Positions 55,067-64,000 of a stretch of DNA of 64,000 bases are shown here, in pieces; positions within the stretch are counted from its first letter, which is position 1; each line of letters opens with the position of its first letter. Under the pieces are notes generated by a model, which worked only from the letters and a program-made list of their open reading frames with translations, did not search any database and was not told where the DNA came from. The DNA is from Candidatus Tumulicola sp. Lineage in GTDB: Bacteria; Vulcanimicrobiota; Vulcanimicrobiia; Vulcanimicrobiales; Vulcanimicrobiaceae. A program made the translations under genes and the position numbers. Location of the stretch: assembly GCA_036490475.1 (NCBI GenBank), contig DASXDT010000004.1, positions 23,797 to 87,796 on the forward strand, in the 5' to 3' direction.

Positions 55067-56302
55067 TTACGTCGGAGACGGGTACGGACTGGGGCTGCCG
55101 GGGCTAAACGACGGATTCGGAGTCGGCGACGGCGGGGGAGGCGGGCCGACGAAGACCCTCGACGCGCTTGCATACGAGGCAATCGTAATGTTGCGTCCGT
55201 GCGCGCCCTGCCGGAAGACACGCATGCGCGGATATTGTCCGTGCGCGTTGGAGCCTTGCGTCAGCGGATTCCAAGTGTTTGCGAGCGCGGCAATTTGGGC
55301 GTTAGGGGTGACCACTGAGATTTCAGAGATTATGCCGTGTGCCGCGATGAAGACGTTACCGCCGGGAGAAAAGGCCGCCCCGTGCCCGAAATCGATCATG
55401 GGCAACATCGGCGACGGCTGCGGCGAGGTCACCGGCGCCGGGAACGAATCGCGGTATCCGTATTGCTTCGATTGGTACGTTTGATACGACGAAGTAATGT
55501 TCGCAGTGCCGTCAGTGTAGATTCCGATGTTCGCGCCAAGAACGCTCTCTGCCGGCTGACCGTTGAGTGTTACCGACGGATGCAGACCTTGCGCCGAGAA
55601 GGCCAACACCGCGTATCCGCTTCCGAGCAACGCGCAAGCCGTGCACGTCACCGCACCGCCCGGCAACATCAACCCGCCGGCCTTCGCCGACGTCGACTTG
55701 GTTGCCGCTGCAAAGGTTACGTGCGAAGCCACGAGCTGGCCTAACCCGTCTAACGATGCGTAACTGGCACTTCCGGGAATCGACAGCGACGGCGCGCCGA
55801 CGTACAAGCGATTGATCTGTACCTCGGTTACATCCGTTCCGACTTCCAGCGTCGCGAATGCCGTGCGCGAACTCGGATGTCCGACGATCGCTTCGTAATT
55901 CAAATCTTCGCCGAAGCCACTGATGAACGCGGCATCGGCTTGACGAGGTCCCATGCCGTAGCCCGAGCCGTTGATCGTGACACCCGTGGGGATAACGATC
56001 GGAAACAGTTCGCCGCTGGCAGTTGTGTATGCGCCGGGCTGCAGTTCGATCGTCAGGCCGGTGACCGTCTCCGACTTCACCACGGCCAGCGCCTTCGTCA
56101 GCGTCTTGAACGGGCTCGTCTGCGAACCGTTCCCGGTGGTGTCGTTTCCGGTTTTCGGATTGACCATGAGCGTCGTCAGCGGCGTGGCCGTCGGCGGAAT
56201 GATGGTCGAGTGACCGCGTCGCGTGCACGCGGCGGTATCGATGAGGCCGGCGATCGACGCTGCAGCCAATAACACAAAGAACGCGCGCACGCACCACGTC
56301 AT
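55067..56302 (-). CDS. secreted right-handed beta-helix protein (DUF1565-like) with Pro-rich tail
   Basis: Signal peptide. LMVNPKTGNDTTGNGSQTSPFKTLTKALAVVKS...TINGSGYG is typical of DUF1565/pectate-lyase-fold proteins. C-terminal PPPPPSPTPNPSFSPGSPSPYPSPT. Confidence 0.7.
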   Translation of the reverse strand: MTWCVRAFFVLLAAASIAGLIDTAACTRRGHSTIIPPTATPLTTLMVNPKTGNDTTGNGSQTSPFKTLTKALAVVKSETVTGLTIELQPGAYTTASGELFPIVIPTGVTINGSGYGMGPRQADAAFISGFGEDLNYEAIVGHPSSRTAFATLEVGTDVTEVQINRLYVGAPSLSIPGSASYASLDGLGQLVASHVTFAAATKSTSAKAGGLMLPGGAVTCTACALLGSGYAVLAFSAQGLHPSVTLNGQPAESVLGANIGIYTDGTANITSSYQTYQSKQYGYRDSFPAPVTSPQPSPMLPMIDFGHGAAFSPGGNVFIAAHGIISEISVVTPNAQIAALANTWNPLTQGSNAHGQYPRMRVFRQGAHGRNITIASYASASRVFVGPPPPPSPTPNPSFSPGSPSPYPSPT

Positions 56303-56385
56303 GCCGCTCTCGTTTGCCGCATCTCCGCCGGTAACCTCGAACGCGTCCTGCGGGCGCCTCTTGGCTTTCCGCGAACCTGGGAGGC

Positions 56386-57597
56386 ATGACGACCGGTCGA
56401 CGTCCGGTCCGCTCGGTGATTCGGGCGGTTTCGGATGCCGCGCGACGCTGGAGCGACGGCGATTTCCCCCCTCGCGTTCGTACGTTGGCGGCCGTCAGCC
56501 GGAGAACCGGCTATTCGTCGCCCGTTGCTGAGTATGCGTTGGACCGATTGTTTTCATCCATTTCTAACGATGCGCTGGTCGCGACGATCGCGGGCGAACT
56601 GGGGTCGCTCGACGCGCTGGATGGATTCGTCGACCGGAACGGCATGCGGGTGCGCGCGCTGCCGGCCGGACGAACGTGCATCATTTCAAGCCGGACGACG
56701 ATCGGCGTCGCGATCGTTCCGGCGGTCTTCGCAATCTGCGCGGGATGCGACGTGATGGTCAAGGATCGCGAAGATCACATGGTCGATGCTTTTTTTCGTA
56801 CCCTGCTCGAAGAGCTGCCGGATCTTTCGCAACGGATCGCCGCGCAAACCTGGGACGGTTTCGCAAGCGAACGAGATTTGCGCGATTTCGATACGGTCGT
56901 AGCGTTCGGCGACCGAACCTCGCTCGAAACCATTCGCGCGCTGTGCGCCGCCGAGAGCCGCTTCATCGCGTACGGCCCGCGAACCAGCGCCGGTTACGTC
57001 GCACGAGAGTCGCTCGAGGGCGACGTCGAAGCGCTGGTTCGAGAGGCGGCGCGCGACGCCGTCCTCTACGACACGGAAGGCTGCCTATCGTTACGTACGA
57101 TTTTCGTAGAACGCGGTGGCGCCATTTCGCCCGAAGACTTTTTCTCGGCGTTGGCGCGCGAAATGGAGCGCGCCGCAGTTGAGTTTCCGCCTTCGCGGAA
57201 CGACCCGGCGGCGATTGCCGCGGTGGCCGCGGCGCACGATCTCGGAGCGTTTCGCGCGGCGAACGGGCAGGGCACGGTGCGCACCGATGCAGCGCGAAGT
57301 TATGTGGCAGTCTTCGACGGCGGATTCGAACGTGCGCCCGACTTTCTGCCTCGAACGGTCGCCGTTTTCCCGGTCGACGCACCGTCGCAAGCGGCCGACT
57401 ACCTTCGGCAGCACGCGCTCCCGATCGAAGCCTGGAGCGCAAGTTCGCAACGTGCCGACATCGTCGACGCCGCGATCGCATCGGGCGCGGCGCGCGTGGC
57501 TGCATTCGGCGCGTTGCAGAACCCGCCGCTATCCACTCCGCACGGCGGCAGGCCTCGAATCGCGGAATTCGTGCGATGGGTGAGCGATGAGCGGTGA
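56386..57597 (+). CDS. LuxC-like acyl-CoA/acyl-protein reductase (aldehyde-forming)
   Basis: AARRWSDGDFPPRV...YALDRLFSSI...ISSRTTIGVAIVPAVFAICAGCDVMVKDRE...YDTEGCLS, the pattern of the LuxC family (ALDH-like with catalytic Cys). Confidence 0.7.
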   Translation: MTTGRRPVRSVIRAVSDAARRWSDGDFPPRVRTLAAVSRRTGYSSPVAEYALDRLFSSISNDALVATIAGELGSLDALDGFVDRNGMRVRALPAGRTCIISSRTTIGVAIVPAVFAICAGCDVMVKDREDHMVDAFFRTLLEELPDLSQRIAAQTWDGFASERDLRDFDTVVAFGDRTSLETIRALCAAESRFIAYGPRTSAGYVARESLEGDVEALVREAARDAVLYDTEGCLSLRTIFVERGGAISPEDFFSALAREMERAAVEFPPSRNDPAAIAAVAAAHDLGAFRAANGQGTVRTDAARSYVAVFDGGFERAPDFLPRTVAVFPVDAPSQAADYLRQHALPIEAWSASSQRADIVDAAIASGAARVAAFGALQNPPLSTPHGGRPRIAEFVRWVSDER

Positions 57598-58879
57598 GCG
57601 TTCGGCGAACGGGACGCCGATTCCAGGTCCGCGCAGTCGCGCGTTGTTAGATCGCTTGCGCGTCCGCGAATCTCGCAACGTTACGGCTATTAGCCACGAT
57701 TTTCCAGTGGTGTGGCAGAGCGCTTCGGGTGCGTTTATCGATGATTGCGATGGCAACCGCTACCTCGATCTCACGTCCGCATTCGGGGTGGCAAACGTCG
57801 GCCACGCAAATCCGCGCGTCGCACGTGCGATTTCAGAGCAAGCAGCGCTACTTCCGCACGCGATGGGCGACGTCCATCCGCCCGAAGTGCGTATCCGGCT
57901 GCTGGAACGGCTGCACGACATTTTGCCGGGAGACATGTCGAGAACGTTTTTGGCGACGACCGGTTCGGAAGCCGTCGAAGCCGCTTGTAAAAGCGCCGTC
58001 CTCGCGACCGGCCGCACGCGCTTTGCCGCCTATCGCGGTGCCTATCACGGCTTGTCGCTTGGAGCGCTCGCGGTGTGTGGGCTCGAGAAATTTCGCGCGC
58101 CGTTCGCGGGGGCATTTGCGGCCGGAACGGTCTGGCTCGATTATCCCGGCCACGACATCGACGCAGCGGCGGCGATCGCTGCAACCGAAGAACAACTCAG
58201 GGAGTGGCACGACGTCGCTGCGGTCGTGATCGAACCCGTTCAAGGCCGAGGCGGCTGTATCGTGCCGCCTGACGGCTACTTGTCCGCGCTACGATCCTTG
58301 TGCGATCGCCGGGGAATCCTATTGATCGTCGACGAGATCTACACCGGCTTCGGAAGAACGGGAACCTGGTTTGCGATCGAGCGCGATGCAATCGCTCCCG
58401 ACGTACTCTGCATCGGCAAAGCGATGGGCGGCGGATTTCCGATTAGTGCCGCCGTAGGATCGAAAACGGTCATGGACGCGTGGCCGGTTTCCAGCGGAGA
58501 AGCGCTCCACACGTCGACCTATCTCGGCAACCCGATGGGTTGCGCGGCCGCACTCGCTGTCATCGATGAAGTGCAAGACCGCTCGCTGCCGGAACGAGCC
58601 ATGCGATTGGGTGAGACGATCGCAGAACGGTCGCGGCGATGGACCGGCCTCTCGGGTGTGGTCGACGTGCGCGGGCGCGGAGCGTTCTGGGGAATCGAAT
58701 TCGATCGGCCGGAGCGCGCAGAACGACTCGTGAAAGATGCACTGCAAGACGGGCTCATCTTGCTCCAATCGGGAGCGACCGGAAATGTTGTCACGATCGG
58801 TCCTCCGCTCGTCATCGCCTTCGACGATCTCTCGCATGCGCTCGAGACGATCGAACGCCGCCTAATGGAGAACGACTAA
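57587..58879 (+). CDS. class-III (omega) aminotransferase
   Basis: NRYLDLTSAFGVANVGHANP...TGSEAVEAACK...YHGLSLGA...IVDEIYTGFGRTG...CIGKAMGGGFP (PLP Lys). 11-nt overlap with the LuxC-like gene. Confidence 0.9.
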   Translation: MSGERSANGTPIPGPRSRALLDRLRVRESRNVTAISHDFPVVWQSASGAFIDDCDGNRYLDLTSAFGVANVGHANPRVARAISEQAALLPHAMGDVHPPEVRIRLLERLHDILPGDMSRTFLATTGSEAVEAACKSAVLATGRTRFAAYRGAYHGLSLGALAVCGLEKFRAPFAGAFAAGTVWLDYPGHDIDAAAAIAATEEQLREWHDVAAVVIEPVQGRGGCIVPPDGYLSALRSLCDRRGILLIVDEIYTGFGRTGTWFAIERDAIAPDVLCIGKAMGGGFPISAAVGSKTVMDAWPVSSGEALHTSTYLGNPMGCAAALAVIDEVQDRSLPERAMRLGETIAERSRRWTGLSGVVDVRGRGAFWGIEFDRPERAERLVKDALQDGLILLQSGATGNVVTIGPPLVIAFDDLSHALETIERRLMEND

Positions 58880-59913
58880 TGGAACGGTACAAGATCGGAA
58901 TCGTCGGATCGGGATTCGGCGTCACGTCGCATCTGCCGGCGTTGCTGGCGCACCCGCGGTTCGATGTGGTGGCGTTGGCATCGCCGTCGAGCGCGAAGCG
59001 CATCGCAGCCGAACGCAACATTCCCAACGCCTTCGCTTCCTGCCGCGAGATGATCGCCGGGTGCGAGCTCGACGCGGTGACCGTCGCCTCGCCACCCTTC
59101 GCGCATCTCGACGACGTCGATGCGTGCCTGGATGCCGGCAAGCACGTGCTCTGCGAAAAGCCGTTTGCCCTCAACGTCGCGCAAGCTGAAACGATGGTCG
59201 AGCGTTCGAAGCGCGCCGGCACCGCGTGCGGAATCGCGCACGAATTCCGCTTCGTCCCGCAAGCCCAAGCGTTGCACGAGCTGGTCGCCAACCGGCATCT
59301 CGACCCCCTGCGCGACATCGAAGTCACGGCGCTGCGGCGCTCGCTGCGACGCGACGTGCAGCGCGAGCGTAGTTGGTGGTTCGATCGCGAGCGTGGAGGC
59401 GGCATGGCGGGAGCGCTGCTCTCTCACATGATCGATCAGGCGACCTGGACGTCGGGGCGCGAACCGCGCAACACGGTCGGAATGCTTCGTACCGCAAACC
59501 CGCGACGAACCGACGAGCGCGGAACGTTCGAATCGAACGTCGACGATGGCGCGTTCGCGATCGTCGACTATGGCGGCGGCCTCGTCGCACGATTATGCAT
59601 CGATGCCGCGACCGGGTTGGACAGCTATACGTGTGCGATTCACGGTGAAGACCGGTCGGCGGTTGCCAGCGGGGACACCGTCACCGACCTGACACTATTC
59701 TCGATCGACGAAGAAGAAACGAGCGAGTTGGAGTGCAAACCTTCACCCTACGCGCGTTTCGCCTCGATCAACGCCAACGTTCCGTTGCTCATGGAACTGT
59801 ACGATCAGTTCGTTCTCGCGATCGAAGGCAAATCCAGCGGGTTGCCCACCTTCTCGCAGGCGCTCGCGACGCAGCGCGTTCTCGCTGCGCTCGGATTCGG
59901 TTCGGCCGTCTAA
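58879..59913 (+). CDS. Gfo/Idh/MocA-family NAD(P)-dependent oxidoreductase
   Basis: TAATG overlap. MERYKIGIVGSGFGVTSHLPAL...VLCEKPFALN. Internal start of track ORF 58639..59913. Confidence 0.85.
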   Translation: MERYKIGIVGSGFGVTSHLPALLAHPRFDVVALASPSSAKRIAAERNIPNAFASCREMIAGCELDAVTVASPPFAHLDDVDACLDAGKHVLCEKPFALNVAQAETMVERSKRAGTACGIAHEFRFVPQAQALHELVANRHLDPLRDIEVTALRRSLRRDVQRERSWWFDRERGGGMAGALLSHMIDQATWTSGREPRNTVGMLRTANPRRTDERGTFESNVDDGAFAIVDYGGGLVARLCIDAATGLDSYTCAIHGEDRSAVASGDTVTDLTLFSIDEEETSELECKPSPYARFASINANVPLLMELYDQFVLAIEGKSSGLPTFSQALATQRVLAALGFGSAV

Positions 59914-59920
59914 CCTGCGA

Positions 59921-61177
59921 TCATTCGCGTTCGCCGCGGAGAAAACGCCACAGTAGCCCCAGGGCGTAGGTCGTCGCTCGCGTCTGAATTCCGACGCGGT
60001 CGCCACGGAAGACGAAACGCCGTGAAACCATCGTCCCATCCGAGGCGGCGATCGCGAACCATACTACGCCGACCGGCTTCTCCGGAGTGCCACCGTCCGG
60101 ACCGGCGATGCCCGTCGTCGCGATCGCGACGTCGGCGGAAAATGCGGCGCACGCGCCGCGCGCCATCGCTTCCACCACGCTTTGGCTGACGGCGCCGTCC
60201 CGCTCGATCGTGTGGGCGGGCACGTTCAGCGCCGATACCTTGACAGCGTTGTCGTACGCGACGATGCCGCCGACATACGCGAGCGACGCACCCGCACGTT
60301 CCGTCATCGCAGCGGCGAGCCGTCCACCGGTACACGACTCGGCAGTTGCGACCCGCATCGTTCCGTCGACCAGCAACCGTGCGATCGCCGACGCGAGCGT
60401 CGCATCATCGCGACCGTACACGAAACCGTCGAGCCGACGTTCGATTTCGGTCTGCAACGGCGCGATCGCCGCCTCGGCCGCATCGGCATCGTGCGCTTTC
60501 GCCATGATCTTCACGTCGGTACGCCCGTCGTGCGCGAGCACGGCGATCTTGGGATTTTCTCCAGCGCGAAACACATCTTCGATGCGCCGGTCGACGTCGG
60601 ACTCGCCGATTCCAATCGTGTGGATCGTCCGGGTAAAAATGGCCGCATCGGGCGAGAAACGCTCGCGCAGCCAGGGGACGAGCCGCTGCAGCAGCATGGG
60701 CTGCATCTCGCGCGGGACGCCCGGCATACAGGCTACGAATTTTCCGTCGTTTGCGAAGGCGATGAATCCCGGTGCGGTTCCGTTGGGATTCTCCAGCGCG
60801 CGGCTACCCCGCGGAAGTTGCGCTTGTTTACGATTGTTTTCGGGCATGGGGCGGCCGAACGACTCGAATACCGCGATCATGTGCGTCAAAGCCGGCTGGT
60901 ACAGTTCGGTGTCGAGTCCGAGCGCATCGCAGACGGCTTCCTTCGTTAGGTCGTCCACGGTCGGGCCGAGTCCGCCGGTAACGATCGCTCCATCCCGGCG
61001 TGACAACACGTCGCGGACGACCGCCGCGATCCGTTCGCGATTGTCACCGATCGCGTGCGTCCCGAGTACGTCTATTCCAATCGACGACAACTGACCCGCA
61101 ATCCAGGGCGTGTTGGTATCGACGAGTTGCCCGAGGAGCAACTCCGTGCCGACCGCGATGCATTCGACGCTCGCCAC
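59921..61177 (-). CDS. cinA: CinA-family protein (MoCF-like domain + nicotinamide-nucleotide amidohydrolase PncC domain)
   Basis: VECIAVGTELLLGQLVDTNT...VTGGLGPTVDDLT...TAESCTGGRLA. Confidence 0.9.
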   Translation of the reverse strand: MASVECIAVGTELLLGQLVDTNTPWIAGQLSSIGIDVLGTHAIGDNRERIAAVVRDVLSRRDGAIVTGGLGPTVDDLTKEAVCDALGLDTELYQPALTHMIAVFESFGRPMPENNRKQAQLPRGSRALENPNGTAPGFIAFANDGKFVACMPGVPREMQPMLLQRLVPWLRERFSPDAAIFTRTIHTIGIGESDVDRRIEDVFRAGENPKIAVLAHDGRTDVKIMAKAHDADAAEAAIAPLQTEIERRLDGFVYGRDDATLASAIARLLVDGTMRVATAESCTGGRLAAAMTERAGASLAYVGGIVAYDNAVKVSALNVPAHTIERDGAVSQSVVEAMARGACAAFSADVAIATTGIAGPDGGTPEKPVGVVWFAIAASDGTMVSRRFVFRGDRVGIQTRATTYALGLLWRFLRGERE

Positions 61178-61184
61178 GACGGGT

Positions 61185-62066
61185 CTAAAAATCGACCGGA
61201 CGCAAGTAGAACTCGTTGATCGCCGTGCCGGTCAGCATCGCCGTCGTCGGTAAATGCCGTTTCCAGTGCGTTGCGTCGACCAGCCGTCGAACCAATCGTA
61301 CGTCGTGCACGTCGAATCCGCGAGCTGTGAGTTGGACGTCGTCGTATCCCAGCAACAGAAAATTCAGGATTGCGTCGGCGCGAGCGTACGATATTCCGAG
61401 ATCGACCTCGTCGGTTTGTCCGGCCTCGAGATCGGCGCTAGGCGCCTTATCGATCAGTTGTTCGGGCACGCCGAGATAGCGCGCCAAGGCCCACACTTGG
61501 GTTTTTAGCAAGTCACCGATCGGATTGACCGGGGGCGCGTCGTCGGCGTGCCACGTGAAATACCCCAACAATCGTTCCGTCTTGTTTCCGGTTCCGACCG
61601 GAAGCGCGTCGAGTTTGGCCGATTGATCGAACAGCACCACCATGCGCGTACGCGCCATCACGTTTCCCCGGCGACGCGCGCTTGCGTCGGGTTCGAACTG
61701 GAGATAGCCGTCGACAGCGGCCGTTATTTCGATGGTGCGACAGTGAATGCCGGTGGCATCGACGACCAACTGCGCATCGTCCAGGCTCGATTTGCTGGAT
61801 GTGGCGTACGGCAATCGAAACGCGTGCACGTTGTTCGAGCCGAGCGCGCGAGCACACAAGAACGCGGTAACCGCCGAATCAATACCTCCCGACAGTCCCA
61901 GAACGGCTCGATCGATTCCACGACGGCGTTGCAGTTCGTCACGCAAAAAATCGACGAGCCATTCGGCTGCGAGTGCGGTGTCGATCCCGGGCGGCTCGTG
62001 CGCGAGCCGCGCTTCAATCCGCTGAAACGTCACCGTCATTGCGATTGCGCGAAACCGGCCACGCAT
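61185..62066 (-). CDS. nadE: NAD+ synthetase (synthetase domain only)
   Basis: VLGLSGGIDSAV (PP-loop), TGNKTE..GYFTWHADD. Start is ATG 62066 or 62039. It overlaps the 3' end of the C-N hydrolase gene. Confidence 0.85.
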   Translation of the reverse strand: MRGRFRAIAMTVTFQRIEARLAHEPPGIDTALAAEWLVDFLRDELQRRRGIDRAVLGLSGGIDSAVTAFLCARALGSNNVHAFRLPYATSSKSSLDDAQLVVDATGIHCRTIEITAAVDGYLQFEPDASARRRGNVMARTRMVVLFDQSAKLDALPVGTGNKTERLLGYFTWHADDAPPVNPIGDLLKTQVWALARYLGVPEQLIDKAPSADLEAGQTDEVDLGISYARADAILNFLLLGYDDVQLTARGFDVHDVRLVRRLVDATHWKRHLPTTAMLTGTAINEFYLRPVDF

Positions 62067-62934
62067 CGTCCAACAGTAGATCTGGTAATACCGCTCGCAG
62101 ATCGCCGAGCAGCGGCAGGTTGGCGCGGGCCAGTACGACCTCGCGCAGATCCAAGTCGGCTCGAACGATGCAAGCCCCGAGCGCCGGCGCTTGCACGAGC
62201 ACCGTACCCCACGGGTCGATGACGCACGAGTTGCCGGTCATGCCCTTCCCGCCTTCGAAGCCGGCGAGCCCGGCATACAAGACGAAGATCCCGTGTTCTG
62301 CGGCTGTATCCGCCAAGGTGTTTCGCCAACGCGTGACGCTCGTAAGCTCGCCGCTTCCGCCGTTATCGATGCCGCGCCCCGGCGAGGCGCTCGGGACGAT
62401 CAAGATGCGGGCCCCTTTGATCGCGGCGAGCGTCGGAACCACGGCATGCCACGCATCCTCGCAAACGACGATCGCCGCCGGTCCGGCAACGCTGTCGAAC
62501 ACGCCGACGTCGCGACCGCGCGAAAGAAATCGCTCTTCGTCGAACACACCGTACGTTGGTAAAAACAATTTACGATGCACGTGCACGATGTGCGGCCGGC
62601 CGCTTTCGATGCGAACGTAGATCGCGCTATTGTAAAACGTTCCGCCGGCGTTTTCAAAAAAGCCGGCCACGAGGTCGACTCCAGCGTCGCCGCACGCCGC
62701 GCCCCACGCCGCCGCCAAATCGTTGGCGAACGCGTCCGACGTCCGCGCGAGATCGTACACCGCTCCTTCGAGGAAGTAGCCGGTGAATGCGGCTTCGGGG
62801 AACACGATCAGCTCGGGTCGATCGGGAGCGAGTTCGGAAAAAGCCTCGCCTGCGGTAGCGAGATTTTCGGCGTACCGGCCCTTGGCCGGTTTCATCTGTA
62901 CGAGGGCGGCGCGCACGCGCTCGCTAGCCGGCAC
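62014..62934 (-). CDS. carbon-nitrogen hydrolase (nitrilase superfamily), likely glutaminase partner of NadE
   Basis: VRAALVQMKP...LIVFPEAAFTGY...HRKLFLP...IVVCEDAWH (Glu-Lys-Cys triad context). Confidence 0.85.
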   Translation of the reverse strand: MPASERVRAALVQMKPAKGRYAENLATAGEAFSELAPDRPELIVFPEAAFTGYFLEGAVYDLARTSDAFANDLAAAWGAACGDAGVDLVAGFFENAGGTFYNSAIYVRIESGRPHIVHVHRKLFLPTYGVFDEERFLSRGRDVGVFDSVAGPAAIVVCEDAWHAVVPTLAAIKGARILIVPSASPGRGIDNGGSGELTSVTRWRNTLADTAAEHGIFVLYAGLAGFEGGKGMTGNSCVIDPWGTVLVQAPALGACIVRADLDLREVVLARANLPLLGDLRAVLPDLLLDDAWPVSRNRNDGDVSAD

Positions 62935-64000
62935 CGGTAACGCTCGTTGCTATCTCGATCTGCTCGTCGCCGGGGCGCCGCAAACCCACTTGCGACGCGC
63001 AAATTTCCGCCGGATACGTCCAAATCTCGGCCAACGTCGGATGCAGGTGCGGAATGCGCATAAATTGCGTGACGGTCGCCCCGAACTCCATCGCGACGAT
63101 CGTTTCGTGAATCAACTCGGACCCTTGCGGCCCGATGACCGCCGCGCCGAGCATCCGGCAATCCGTCGGGTCGGCCATCATCTTTACGAAGCCCTTGGTC
63201 TTTCCCAAACACTGCGCTTTGCCGTGCTCCGCGAAGTCGTAGCGGCCGACGACGTACGTTATCTTCTTAGCGCGTAGTTCTTTCTCGGTAGCGCCTGCGA
63301 CGGCAACCTGTGGATCGGTAAACACGGTGTGCGCGGAAACCAATCGATAATCGGCGCGTTCGTCGTTTCCGGTGCACGCGTGCCTGGATGCCACTTCACC
63401 CTGATAAATCGCTACGTGCACCAGCATGTAGCGCCCGGTGACATCTCCCACCGCGTAGATGTTCGGATTGCTGGTGCGAAGGTGCTCGTCGACCTCGATG
63501 CCGCTCTTGGGATCGAATCGCACGCCCGCTCGATCGAGTTGCAGACCCTCGACCATCGGCCTTCGTCCCAGCGCGTAAAAGATTTGCTCGGCAGCCACTT
63601 CTCGCTCTTCGCCGTCGACCGAAAACGCAATCACTTTCTTGCCGTCGCGCACGAACGCACGCGACAACGACGCGTGCTCGAACACGCGAATGCCTTCTTC
63701 GCGAAAATATCCAGTCAGCGCTTCGCCGATATCGTCGTCCGTCTCGGTCAGCAAGTGGCCGCTGCGGATGATCATCGTCGTTTCGGCGCCCATCCGGCTC
63801 AAGAACTGTCCGAGCTCGCAGGCGGTATAACCGCCGCCGAGCACGATCGCCGAGCGTGGAATCTCTTCTAAATCGAGTACGCCATCGCTGTCGACATAAC
63901 CGGTTTCCGCAAGGCCCGGCAACTCCGAAGGCGTGATCGCGCTGCCGGTTGCGATGACGAACTTGCGCGCTCGAAGCACGTCCTCGCCAACGGCCAACTC
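62924..64000 (-). CDS. FAD-dependent pyridine nucleotide-disulfide oxidoreductase (dihydrolipoyl dehydrogenase/mercuric-reductase-like), C-terminal part; gene continues past the window end
   Basis: FVIATGS...VLGGGYTACELGQFL...IYAVGDVTG...HPTLAEIW dimerisation motif. The frame is open to base 64000. Confidence 0.85.
   Translation of the reverse strand, partial: ELAVGEDVLRARKFVIATGSAITPSELPGLAETGYVDSDGVLDLEEIPRSAIVLGGGYTACELGQFLSRMGAETTMIIRSGHLLTETDDDIGEALTGYFREEGIRVFEHASLSRAFVRDGKKVIAFSVDGEEREVAAEQIFYALGRRPMVEGLQLDRAGVRFDPKSGIEVDEHLRTSNPNIYAVGDVTGRYMLVHVAIYQGEVASRHACTGNDERADYRLVSAHTVFTDPQVAVAGATEKELRAKKITYVVGRYDFAEHGKAQCLGKTKGFVKMMADPTDCRMLGAAVIGPQGSELIHETIVAMEFGATVTQFMRIPHLHPTLAEIWTYPAEICASQVGLRRPGDEQIEIATSVTGAG

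Noticed and set aside
60087-61094. 335-aa plus-strand ORF antisense to cinA
   Set aside because: Ser/Ala/Pro-rich antisense artefact. CinA motifs lie on the minus strand.

Overview
GC-rich bacterial chromosomal segment, densely coding and mostly on the minus strand, with no rRNA, CRISPR array, transposase, integrase or phage genes that I can see. About half is housekeeping, and the gene order looks Firmicutes/Terrabacteria-like: phoH-ybeY-dgkA-CNNM-recO, ruvX-mltG-DUF1292, nfeD-floA, yqeY-rpsU-HIT, pyrG, prfA-prmC-rpmE, leuCD, metY, aroA, cinA-nadE. A cluster of five minus-strand tRNAs sits next to tadA. The accessory part holds four items. (i) Three paralogous beta-propeller-like lipoproteins flank a glycine-rich lipoprotein at 8.9-12.8 kb, with a possible fourth copy at the window start. 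(ii) A GH130 gene is coupled to a large unknown gene that needs two compensating frameshifts. (iii) An operon encodes GT2, YqcI/YcgG, DUF1989 and a Cys-rich metallothionein-like protein, next to Crp/Fnr and STAS regulators. (iv) A LuxE...LuxC, class-III aminotransferase, Gfo/Idh/MocA cluster lies at 53-60 kb. The most unusual sequence-level signal is that at least five genes have conserved N-terminal residues encoded upstream of the first ATG/GTG/TTG, where only in-frame ATT/ATC (in two cases also CTG) is available. One of these follows a perfect AGGAGG, which suggests recurrent AUU/AUC initiation. All functional calls come from motif recognition by eye in the supplied translations; no searches were run.
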